From Eledone cirrhosa (Eukaryota): 64,000 nucleotides of DNA. Positions within the stretch are counted from its first letter, which is position 1. Each line of letters begins with the position of its first letter. Location of the stretch: contig OZ024746.1 in assembly GCA_964016885.1 (NCBI GenBank), forward strand, positions 92,194,001-92,258,000, read 5' to 3'. The position numbers and the translations under genes were made by a program. Positions 1-11,144 of this stretch are shown here, piece after piece. Under the pieces are notes generated by a model. That model did no database searches. It was not told where the DNA came from and saw only the letters and a list, made by a program, of their open reading frames with translations.

Positions 1-1725
1 GGGAACATCATAATATTAACGACAATATGTAGGCTAAAATACCTTCGTAGATTAGATGGATGGCTGGCTGGGAAAATTGGAATCGGCTCTAGTGGTACAT
101 TTTAGCAGAGAAGAATGGGAAAGTGTCTTATCTCTTCAATATTTTCAGATTGAATGAATTAGGTTAAAGACAGGGTAGTAAGCCTTAAAGAAGTGCATAG
201 AGAGGGGGGGGTAGGAACTGAGGGTCGCATGGTAAATAACTGAGAGAGATACAATAGGATTAGAATACCGCATGGTAAATATCCAAGTTAATAAGTTAAT
301 ACTACATCAGTAAAATTAACAATAATAACGTCATGAAAAAAGCTACTAAGAGAAACCCTCGAAAATTTATCGCTAATACAGCAGGGAAAATTTAACGCTA
401 ATACAGCAGGGAACATCATAATATTAACGACAATATGTAGGCTAAAATACCTTCGTAGATTAGATGGATGGCTGGCTGGGAAAATTGGAATCGGCTCTAG
501 TGGTACATTTTAGCAGAGAAGAATGGGAAAGTGTCTTATCTCTTCAATATTTTCAGATTGAATGAATTAGGTTAAAGACAGGGTAGTAAGCCTTAAAGAA
601 GTGCATAGAGAGGGGGGGGGTAGGAACTGAGGGTCGCATGGTAAATAACTGAGAGAGATACAATAGGATTAGAATACCGCATGGTAAATATCCAAGTTAA
701 TAAGTTAATACTACATCATTAAAATTAACAATAATAACGTCATGAAAAAAGCTACTAAGAGAAACCCTCGAAAATTTATCGCTAATACAGCAGGGAAAAT
801 TTAACGCTAATACAGCAGGGAACATCATAATATTAACGACAATATGTAGGCTAAAATACCTTCGTAGATTAGATGGATGGCTGGCTGGGAAAATTGGAAT
901 CGGCTCTAGTGGTACATTTTAGCAGAGAAGAATGGGAAAGTGTCTTATCTCTTCAATATTTTCAGATTGAATGAATTAGGTTAAAGACAGGGTAGTAAGC
1001 CTTAAAGAAGTGCATAGAGAGGGGGGTAGGAACTGAGGGTCGCATGGTAAATAACTGAGAGAGATACAATAGGATTAGAATACCGCATGGTAAATATCCA
1101 AGTTAATAAGTTAATACTACATCAGTAATAATAACGTCATGAAAAAAGCTACTAAGAGAAACCCTCGAAAATTTATCGCTAATACAGCAGGGAAAATTTA
1201 ACGCTAATACAGCAGGGAACATCATAATATTAACGACAATATGTAGGCTAAAATACCTTCGTAGATTAGATGGATGGCTGGCTGGGAAAATTGGAATCGG
1301 CTCTAGTGGTACATTTTAGCAGAGAAGAATGGGAAAGTGTCTTATCTCTTCAATATTTTCAGATTGAATGAATTAGGTTAAAGACAGGGTAGTAAGCCTT
1401 AAAGAAGTGCATAGAGAGGGGGGGGGGTAGGAACTGAGGGTCGCATGGTAAATAACTGAGAGAGATACAATAGGATTAGAATACCGCATGGTAAATATCC
1501 AAGTTAATAAGTTAATACTACATCAGTAAAATTAACAATAATAATGTCATGAAAAAAGCTACTAAGAGAAACCCTCGAAAATTTATCGCTAATACAGCAG
1601 GGAAAATTTAACGCTAATACAGCAGGGAACATCATAATATTAACGACAATATGTAGGCTAAAATACCTTCGTAGATTAGATGGATGGCTGGCTGGGAAAA
1701 TTGGAATCGGCTCTAGTGGTACATT
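1..1725. repeat. Tandem repeat, ~408-bp unit, >=4.2 near-identical copies (runs off left edge)
   Basis: GGGAACATCATAATATTAACGAC recurs at 1, 409, 818, 1215 and 1625; copies differ mainly in poly-G length and one short deletion. Confidence 0.97.
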
Positions 1726-3404
1726 CATGTTGACATCTCTTGCAAAACTGTTGGTGCTGGTGTTTTGTGTATGATTTATTTTTTAGAAAAATGTATGATG
1801 GAGCGTGTCTACTAGAAATGGAAAAAAAAACGTTTTGTAAAAAGAGCTATACTTGTGCACAAACGTAGGGATGTATGTGTGTGTGTTATTATACGTCCAT
1901 ACAAAGCTAAGAAGAAATGTGTGTGTATATGTGAGTAAAAGAGTGTGTGTGCATGTAAGTACGAAGCTATGAGCCAAAGTATGTTAATATAAGGGTGTGT
2001 ATGTGTGTATACAGAGCAGTGAAGGGAAAAGTGGAGTGAGCATATTTAGTCGGTCTGTATTAGTTGTAAGAGAAGCTGCTAATGATCAAGAGAGAGCAAT
2101 AGAAATCTAAGGGTACACATATATCTGTGTCCATGTATGTTCTGATAAATTAAAACAAATAAAACCAGAAGAACATACTTTCATATGTGTATATATTTCG
2201 TATTTACATTGGAAAAGATCTCCATTTTCTCCAGTGTTTCTATTGTTATTAATGTTGGTTGTATTAAGGCTAAAACGGAACAGATAGCAATGGAAGTTTA
2301 AAAGCTTCTCTTTTATTCCCTGCTTCACTAAATTAGGTATTGGGGATCACATTAAATGGAACTATATTTACCTGAATATTTATTGAAATGTTAAAATAAT
2401 GATTAACTTCAGCATAAATTGTTGTTTGATGATCTTGCGGTTTGTGTTAATCCTGCCTGTTCCCAACAACTGGCATCAAACTGTCATTACTATATCGTAT
2501 CATTGTCTTTTATTACAATATTTCCAGGGACTTCCTTATAGTTTTAAAGAAATTTTGACACCAATTCTTAAAATAAGTTGATCATTTGTGTAGAGATAAA
2601 ACAATGGCAAATGCTAAATTTCTCTAATTTACCTGTTCTCTTATCTGTTTACATCTGGAAGGTTAGTTATATTTAGAGTCACCACCATCCATTTACATCT
2701 GGAAGGTTAGTTATATTTAGAGTCACCACCATCCATTTATAAACTCTATTTTAAAATGTACACATATACATACATATGCAAACATAGACACAGACACACA
2801 CACTCATACATTTTTAAATCTGTTTTATATCATCTGCTTCTGACTTTTATAGCTAAAGCAGTCTCTTTTGACTTTCTGCGGTACTTAAGTTTGCCTATCA
2901 GACATTTTAAAAGCACAGTTATAAGAGGAGTTGACATTTCTCATGAAATATTATCTTCAGACCAAACAAAGGTGAAGCATAAAGTAATTATTTTTATAAA
3001 ACATGTATATAATACGTGCAAATAAAATGGTTTAGCTATTAACTCTTTCTTCTATGTTAATTTAACACAAAGTAATTATTTTTACAAAATGTATGTATAT
3101 ATATGTGGGGATAAAATGACTTAACGATCAACTCTTTTATGTTCAATTTAACAAAATATCAATAAAGAAAATAAACATTTAATGATTTATTTAATTAATT
3201 AATTATGTACTTATGTATTTTTGTTGTTTTAATCTCCATTTATTCAGTGTTGTAGCCAAGTGTTGAAGTGTTTGTGTCTTTAAAATGATTTCAACATTTA
3301 ATGATTTAGGTAATGATGCAGAAAATATTTACACATTTCTATTGTAGGAGAGTGACCTGACAGGAACAGTGTCTGTACTAACTCAATGGCTGCAATGTTC
3401 ATGG

Positions 3405-3717
3405 GTTGACCAAGATACTCTCATGGAATGACCAAATGAGGTTTATTTTTTAACATAGTCCCTGGAAAGAAACAATACAGTTATTGATATGAAGAGTTGA
3501 AATTAATGCATGTAAGATTTGACAGCTCTAGCATCACTCCTTCATAAGCTGACCAAAATACTCTCATGGAATGACCAAATGAGGTTTATTTTTCAACATA
3601 GTCCCTGGAAAGAAACAATGCAGTTATTAATAAGAGTTGAAAGTAATACATGCAAGATTTCACAGCTCTACCATCACTCCTTTATAGTCAGCCCCTGAAC
3701 TTTTCAGTCAAACCTCG
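3405..3717 (-). mobile_element. Mariner-like non-autonomous remnant with internal ~140-bp direct duplication
   Basis: Ends ...TGAACTTTTCAGTCAAACCTCG|TA (mariner-type TIR plus TA); minus strand carries a GDYV(E/K)K-stop-like transposase C-terminus twice. Confidence 0.5.
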
Positions 3718-3719
3718 TA

Positions 3720-5461
3720 TATGGTTATAATAGTTGACACAGCATGTCTGACTGGTTAAGTGGTTCATTTGATAATCATTAAGTCCCGGAGTTAAGGTTG
3801 AGAGGCACATCTAAAAAATTTATACATTTAAGGTTATGGTCAAAAGATATTTTAAGTCCCAAGCATTGAAAGAAAGATCTAAGAGCTTTCCTTCTTCTTT
3901 CCAACTGCTGACCATTGAAATTCTTAATGAGTAGGAGAGCATCATCTCTATATATACCCCCTTTGGGGTCAGGAAGGAATTCTAGATGTAATTTGTGCAT
4001 GAGATATGTTCCTACAAGATCCGTAACTTGGGCTGAATCAGTCGAACCCATAGTTATATCGACTTCGTTACGCCTTTCCTTACGTGTCCAGTATTCATTA
4101 TCAAACATTATGATCTAGCAGTTAAAATAACATCGACTTCATTTCTAGTTAATTTGGAGTTGCGCATCGCGAATATAAGGGATTATTGAGAAGGAATTGA
4201 GGAATAGAGGAATAGTAGTCATCTATGTCAAACTGGATGAAATTATAAATAGATTTATCATCTAATTCTGTGAACCAGTTGATTGTGTCTCCGGTGCCCC
4301 ATAGTTTTAAAGACAGTCTGTTTTTATTTGGATTAGGACCCTATCTAGAATGTGCTTACTTGTGTGTCCTATGTCAGATGTAGAGGGACATTTTAGTCTA
4401 ATGGAGGAGTTAGATTCAAAGTTCTCTTTGTGGTCTTTCAAGTTAAAATTTGAAAGTTGGGGTACAATTGATTCTGTTCTGTCGGCTATGCCTAATTCAC
4501 TATCTTAAGGCCTTCCCTATTAATGTTATCAATGGTAGACTTATCCATTTTTCTACATTTCTTGTTCAGTTCCTTAACTATAAAGTTTCTATAAGTATCA
4601 ATGTCTATATATTGCCTGTTTAAATCAGCACGGATGAGTATTCCTTCCATTTTTGCTAGTCATCCACAGTTATTTTTAGAGTTCATTGGAATTTGCTGGG
4701 TATCGATGTTTTTTAACTTGATATTACTGAACATATCTAGTAGACTGGTCTTAAAAGTCCCAGAAGTATGTTGTTAGGAGGGTTTTTATATGAAATAAAG
4801 CTGTAATTATCACAATCCCTGTCTATTGAATTAACATTTGGGTTATTGATCTTGTTTTTGAAGTGGAATACCTTCCACCGAACCCGGCGGATGAATTCAT
4901 TAGTTGTATTATTGTGAGGATATGGTATATGTTTTAGAGAAATGCCTAGATAGTGTTTTTCCATGGTGTGTGGGTAAGTAGCAGGTTTGGCTCAACCATG
5001 GGAAATGTGAAGGTAAATAAGGTTTTGTTTATGTATATCAGGAATGAATATTTAAACAAGAAAGCTGCTTACCAGAGATTTTGACTCGATGGTATCCTTT
5101 GAATCGTATAGCCTAAATATTCAAGCAGGGGAATATGGGATATAGGTCCAGAAGAGATATTAATATATTTGGCAGAGGTAACTGAAATAACGACCAAAAA
5201 AGGACCTTCTAAATTCCTGGCATGATAGGATATTTAATTGTAAACACAAGGTTCTAAAAACCTGTAGCTCCCAATAAAACTCTCACAACTCAGTAATGTA
5301 GCTACAATGAGGTGAGTAAAGGCCGCCTCTAAATAAGTCTAGTCTTCGCACGTTTGACAAAGTAACAGATTGGTGACTGGCCTGATATTATACTCTGCTC
5401 TATAAGAGCATCGAGTGCTCAAACGGCCTACCGTTTACGGACGCTTTAAGCATCCCACACC

Positions 5462-5464
<3 letters not shown>
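3720..5464 (-). mobile_element. Penelope-like element, decayed N-terminus and reverse transcriptase
   Basis: ORF pieces SLKHIPYP..FIRRVRWKVFHF (4737-4964) and DITMGSTDSAQVTDLVG..GIYRDD..INFLDV.LNL (3779-4108) are PLE RT motifs; abuts (TA)n at 5465. Confidence 0.85.

Positions 5465-5536
<72 letters not shown>
5465..5536. repeat. (TA)n microsatellite separating two PLE fragments
   Basis: Direct reading. Confidence 0.98.
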
Positions 5537-5539
<3 letters not shown>

Positions 5540-6108
5540 CAACCACAGGAGGTGAAATCCTATGTGGGTATGGCGGACGGCCGATTTAAGGAACGCTTCC
5601 TGAACCATCAGTCAACCTTTAGGTTCCTGGACAAACGATCATCTACGAAACTCGTGAGCCACGTATGGTCCCTCAAGGGCTCAAGTATAGACTACTCCAT
5701 TCAAGGGAAACCCATCACTAAGTCCAAGCCATACGCAAGGGGAAATCTGTCTTGTGGACTGTGTATTGATGAACAGATACGTATTCTAAGGAGATTACGC
5801 AATAGCGATTGCCTAAACTTGTCCACATGTCTGGAAACACCTCTTACATAACTACAAAGCTCTGGATTGAATAACAACAACATCCTAATTTTTTTATCAA
5901 CGCGAACTACTTTTCGGATTTTGCAGTTATCTCCCTTACACCTTTCGCCTGTGGCATTGTATCGCTTGGGTGAAGTGACCGTTCTGCGCATGAACGTTCA
6001 TACGGTTGTTCTTCCTATTCCGTATAACCATGACCATTACGAGCTGAGGATCCGCTAAGGTGAAACAATTGTTCTCGGTATGGTGAACTAACTGTTGTGT
6101 TACCACTT
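5537..6108 (+). mobile_element. Penelope-like element 3' fragment: GIY-YIG endonuclease C-terminal half plus 3' UTR/pLTR
   Basis: ORF 5552-5851 YVGMA..FKERFLNH..H(V)W.LK..CGLC..E matches PLE GIY-YIG with CxxC; flanked by (TA)n on both sides; hammerhead motif downstream. Confidence 0.85.
6033..6084 (+). ncRNA. Minimal type I hammerhead ribozyme motif (PLE-associated)
   Basis: ACCATTACGAG-CTGAGGA-T-CC(GCTAA)GG-T-GAAA-CAATTG-TT-CTCGGTATGGT: core CUGANGA and GAAA, stem I GAG/CTC extended by TAC/GTA and ACCA/TGGT, palindromic stem III, GUU cleavage triplet. Confidence 0.8.
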
Positions 6109-6130
6109 ATATATATATATATATTTATAC

Positions 6131-8314
6131 ATTATGGTTATGGCTTAAGAAATGAAGGAGTGAGGCTTCTTGAATTTTGTGATGCAACACTAACTTCAAG
6201 AACCCAAACCAACCACCTAATAACCTACCAATCAGGTGAGCACAAAAGCCAGATTGACCTCTTGCTAGTTAGGCAACGAGACAGACAGATAGTTGCAAAT
6301 ACTAAGGCATACCCCGGGGAAGAATGTATCTCCCAACATAGGTTAGTCGTTAGTGATATCTCAATAAGCAAGAGACAAAATGAGACATACAGGAAGGTGT
6401 GGAAAAGGAAAGTCTGGAAGCTAAAAGAACTTTCACTAAAATATAAATTTAGGAAAGCCCTTCAAGATGTGTATGATGAGAAAGAAGACGATTTGGAATT
6501 GTATGACATAGATGATAACTGGAAGTTCTTACGTGACAACTTACTACAGACTACTGAAGAAACTTGTGGCTGGAGCTTTGCTCCAGCCAGGAAAAGGGTG
6601 ACCTGGTGGTGGAACAGCACAGTAGATAGGGCCATTAAAGACAAAAGACTAGTATGAAACGCTTGGGAAAATGGTGGGAGTAGAGACCAATACTCAGTCG
6701 CTAAAAGAGAGGCTAGACGTCAGGTGTACTTAGCACGCAGGGAAGCTGAAAGTAGGAGGTTTGCTAATGTTCTGCGAAGAGAAGATCAGAGATGTGCGGT
6801 GTTCCACATTGCAAGGCAGTGTGTCAGTGTAAATCAGGATGTTGTTGGAAATAAGTGTGTCCGAAATGATGCTGGTGCAATTAGTATCACTGATACTCAG
6901 AAAAAGGGGGCCTGGAAATGTCATTATGAGAGACTGATGAATGTTGAGAGAGCGAAATTACCCACAACAGACCCAACAGAGGGACCAGCTACTGAGATTG
7001 ACGACTATAGGGTCAAAGAGGCAATTAAGAAAATGAAAAGTGGTAAGGCTGCTGGACCGTGAGTGATAGTTGCTGAGATGCTGAAGGCATCAGGAGAAGA
7101 AGGCACTAAACTGGTTGCACACATCGTCAATCAAGCTATATATAGCGGAGTCATACCCAAAGACTTGTGCAGCAGTATTCTTGTAAATTGCTACAAAGGT
7201 AAAGCGGATGTTCTGGAGAGGAGCAATTATAGGGGCATAAAGCTGATGGATCAAATTATGAAAGTGGCAGAAAGACTGCTAACACAACTAATTATAGAAA
7301 GGGTCAAATTAGATAAGATGCAGTTTGGTTTTGTGCCTGGGAAAAGTACAACAGACGCCCTCTTCTTAGTGAGACAACTACAAGAGAGGTTCTTAGATAG
7401 AGAATAAATTCTGGCTATGAAAACAGCACTTGGAATCAAGAGGACTGAGAGTGAACCTAGCTAAGACTAAAGTGTTGATAAGTAGGAAAGAGGACAAAAC
7501 TCTGATTCCATCAAGGAAATGGCCATGCACGATATGTAGAAAAGTAGTTGCCATAAACTCTATAGAATGTACACGATGCAGGCAAACTAGCAGTTAAGGA
7601 AACTACATATACAGTAGATGTTTAGGGAAATTTGATAGTAGAAGTGGCAGTGATAGACACATTTTTCAAATGCAGGTAGTATCTATAGAGGTGGTTGATA
7701 GCATCCGATACCTAGGTGATCAGATTAGCAAAGGAGGAGGGTGCTCCAAGGCCATAGTATCTAGAATAAGGATGGGTTGGAAGAACTTTAGGGAGCTGCT
7801 TCCTCTGTTGACAAAAAAGGGTTTCTCCCTACAAACGAAAGGCCAGTTATATAATGCCTGTGTGAGATGTGAGATGCTACAAGATAGTGATACATGGGCA
7901 GCAACTGCGGAGGATATGCGATGGCTGGAGAGAAATGAAGCAAGCATGCTCTGATGGTTGTGCAATGTCAATGTGAGTGAGCGACCAAATATAAACGAGT
8001 TGAGTAGGAAACTGTGTATAAGAGGAATAAACTGTAGTGTGCTGGAGAGAAGACTGCGTTGGTATGGACATGTGATGTGCATGGAGGATGACCGCTGGGT
8101 AAAGAAGTCCTAAGTAATCCTGGTGGAAGGAAAACGCAGTCGAGGAAGACCACAAAAAACATGGGCGGAGGTGGTGAGAGCTGACATTAGATCGCTGAAG
8201 CTCACAGAGGAGATGGCGAAGAGACCATGACAAGTGGAGAGATGCCGTGCTGAATAGGACCTGTCCCACCCTTGCAAGCAGGGAAAAGTGGACGTAAAAT
8301 GATGAAAATGATGA
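6131..8314 (+). mobile_element. RTE-clade LINE, 5'-truncated, internally deleted, with stops and frameshifts
   Basis: APE C-terminus (SQIDLLL..SQHRLVV), [40 protein letters not shown]; 3' tail CCCACCCTTGCAAGCAGGGAAAAGTGGACGTAAAATGATGA. Confidence 0.95.
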
Positions 8315-8335
8315 TATATATATATATATATATAT

Positions 8336-8494
8336 ATATTGTTATACTTTGGGAGGGTCATGTTGCCAATAAGAAACACACGCACCAGTGGTTCGTGTGT
8401 TTCTTATTGGCAACATGACCCTCCCAAAGTATAACAATATCGGTTTCAACACACGATTTCAGATAAAGAATCTTGCTAAACAAATTCAGAAACG

Positions 8495-8497
<3 letters not shown>
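8336..8497. repeat. Fold-back cassette in (TA)n: perfect 47-bp inverted repeat with 11-nt spacer
   Basis: 8336-8382 is the reverse complement of 8394-8440; (TA)n on both sides. Confidence 0.9.
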
Positions 8498-8549
<52 letters not shown>

Positions 8550-9151
8550 ATATAATTTTCTTTCATTTGTTATCAGCCCCTTTTTATGGACATTGGTTCA
8601 ACAGCATTATATACTCCATAATAAATCTGATAATGGAAAATATCTGTGTTGCACCTTTACCCTTGAGGCCATAAGCATGTGTTTATTTCTCTTAATGGTT
8701 AATGTAGTCCTGGTTAAGGTAGCAATGGTTAATGTAGTCCTGGTTAATGTAGCCCTGGTTAATAGTGGTTACATTGTTAGTCCTGCTGAGTTTGTCTTTC
8801 ATCCTACTAGCATGAATGAACTAAAGTACCAACCAAGTATTGAGAATAGTTTATATTTCTAGAATACATCCTAGATGTTAATGGAATTACAATGTAAACC
8901 ACGATAGGGTTGACCTGTGGTGAAGTACAATATAAACCCTGGTAGGGCAGACCTAGGGCAAACCTGTGGCGAAGTACAATGTAAACGCTGCTAGGGCAGA
9001 CCTGTGGTGAAGTACAATATAAATCCTGGTAGGGCAGACCTGTGATGAAAGTAATTCCAGCCATAATTGCCTTTCTGGGTATTACAAACTACATTATCCA
9101 ATGACTATGTGTTTGAGAGTTTAAGCTGCTATTATTAGTAGATGGAATTAC

Positions 9152-9354
9152 CATGTAAAGTCCCTTGGTTGTCTCAACTGGTTTACAGAGGCTGGTATTG
9201 TGAAAGACCAACGTGACCCCAGGATACTTTGAACTCAGAATAATCTAAGATAAAAGTGTATATTTGTAAAGTTCTTTATAGTTCAGCAATTGACTGCTTC
9301 TACTTTTCAACAACAGTCACCAAAATACCAATTTCTAAAAGATCACAGAATCGT
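9152..9354 (-). other. Possible spliced exon (5' UTR-like, ending in ATG) of an unidentified leftward transcript
   Basis: Strong polypyrimidine acceptor TTTTTTTCTTTCTTTTCAG and donor ATG|GTAATT; no recognisable protein. Confidence 0.25.
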
Positions 9355-10559
9355 CTGAAAAGAAAGAAAAAAATAGATTACATGATTTAAAAATCATTCT
9401 TTATTCCTCTGAATGCTTGTACTGACATGTTGCTCTTATATGAAAATGACTAACAAATCTGTCCAGTATTGTATGCAATATTCCATCTCTCACACCTCCA
9501 GGTAACGTATGTACTGGTTTCATCTTCCTCGCTGTTATTGCAATAAGGTTAGAAAAGAAAAGCTCCTGTATCAAAACAGATATTATAAATAGAATGTAGC
9601 AATTCCGTTAATACAAGCAATACATTTTAGTAATATTTCATCTGGTGTAACAACAACACTATAGAAGAAAGAATCCAGTGGACACACTTTGACTAGCGGT
9701 AAGTGATGCAGTTAGCGAAATGTTTGTTTACCAAGTGTAATGTATCGAACACATAACGCAAACGGCCGGTATAATTTCAACTGTAGCGCTTCTTTATAAA
9801 AACCGTCTTTATCGAAAAAAAGAAAATAAGTAATACTTGGCTGCGATGGTGACTAGAGGAAATAATTTGAAAACCTAACAAATTAGTCAAAGCACAGTTC
9901 TCTCCCTTACATCAAATATATTATATATTTATTTTATATCTGGTTTGTAATATTATATATGTAAGGAAATATAGAAACTTATCATTTCCTATTTGTTTTC
10001 TCAAACGTTATATCCGGAAGAAGAATATGATGTGCCTAGAATAGTCATATTGAATAATATGTGTATATTAATAGTTTCTCAAACAACACACCATAGAGGT
10101 TCGCTATAAACAACGTGTTAGATTATTTCTAGAGAATTCCAGAGAGAAATATTAAAATATTATTTTTTAGAGTTAGAGAATGACAAACATGTAATATCAG
10201 TTGTTCTATAAACCACAGAATTGAAACGAGAGAACTCAGCTCAGTTCTTAAGGTTAATTATTTTACCTAATGAGATTATACATTTAATTAAGTATGTCAG
10301 CTAATGACTTTAGACAATTAATCAGCAAGGATTTTCAAATAAAAGTTTTACTTTATTCTTCCTATCCGTCCTGAAGAGGTGAAATGTTGTTATTTTTGCC
10401 GCAAGGCCATTTGCAAGACTTCTATAACTAATAGAATCCACTCAGCTATAGGTATCAGAGAAGTACACTGCTTCAGGTAGATGGTGTTCAAATTAGTTAT
10501 GGTTTAACCCCTATAGGGTGGTTTAGCCCCTATAGGGGTTAAACCAACTTTTAGCCCCT

Positions 10560-10564
10560 ATATG

Positions 10565-10596
<32 letters not shown>

Positions 10597-10644
10597 TACA
10601 TATATATGTACATGTATATATATATATGTATATATATATATATG

Positions 10645-10732
<88 letters not shown>

Positions 10733-10735
10733 CAT
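10560..10735. repeat. Interrupted (TA)n microsatellite preceded by an 18-bp inverted repeat (10501-10545)
   Basis: Direct reading. Confidence 0.95.
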
Positions 10736-10837
10736 GTATTACACTAAGATTATATATCCAGAAAAGCAGGCTCACTTCATTTTCCCCAGTGTTTGCACAT
10801 CCTATGCATTCAAGACCTATGTTTTGCAATAATAATT

Positions 10838-11018
10838 GTTTCTACTTTTGGCACAAGGCCAGCAATTATCCCAGTGTATTACTGGTACTTTATTTTATCG
10901 ACCCTATAAGGATGAAAGGCAAAGTTAACATCGGCGGGATTTGACTCGGACCATAAAGGGCCGTAACTCTTTGCTGCAAAGCATGGTGTCCGACCCTCTA
11001 CCGATACAGCCAATCCAA
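10838..11018 (-). mobile_element. tRNA-derived SINE family A (octopus OK-like)
   Basis: Reverse complement of the family sequence seen at 28521 (TTGGCAGTATCGGTAGAG..GAGTTCAAATCCCGCCGAGGTTAACTTTGCCTTTCATCC..GTAGAAACAATT). Confidence 0.88.
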
Positions 11019-11144
11019 TAATATTTGCAATCATAATAATATTGTACCCTGTACATGACACGATAAAGTTTGCAACATCGCTGACAAAAATAACATTTTT
11101 GCTGCCAACAAAGGTGACTGCCCCTAAATATTCCCTTTTCGTAT

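Noticed and set aside
340-375. Hammerhead-like GAG-AAACC-CTC-GAAA hairpin in the 408-bp unit
   Set aside because: No CUGANGA core upstream (CTACTAA) and weak stems
3779-5851. Naiad-type selenoprotein PLE
   Set aside because: The EN here is followed by a 3' UTR with a hammerhead (C-terminal EN architecture); no conserved in-frame UGA or SECIS could be supported
10523-10944. YI-repeat ORFs, and similar ORFs at 8473, 23628 and 31013
   Set aside because: Translations of (TA)n microsatellites
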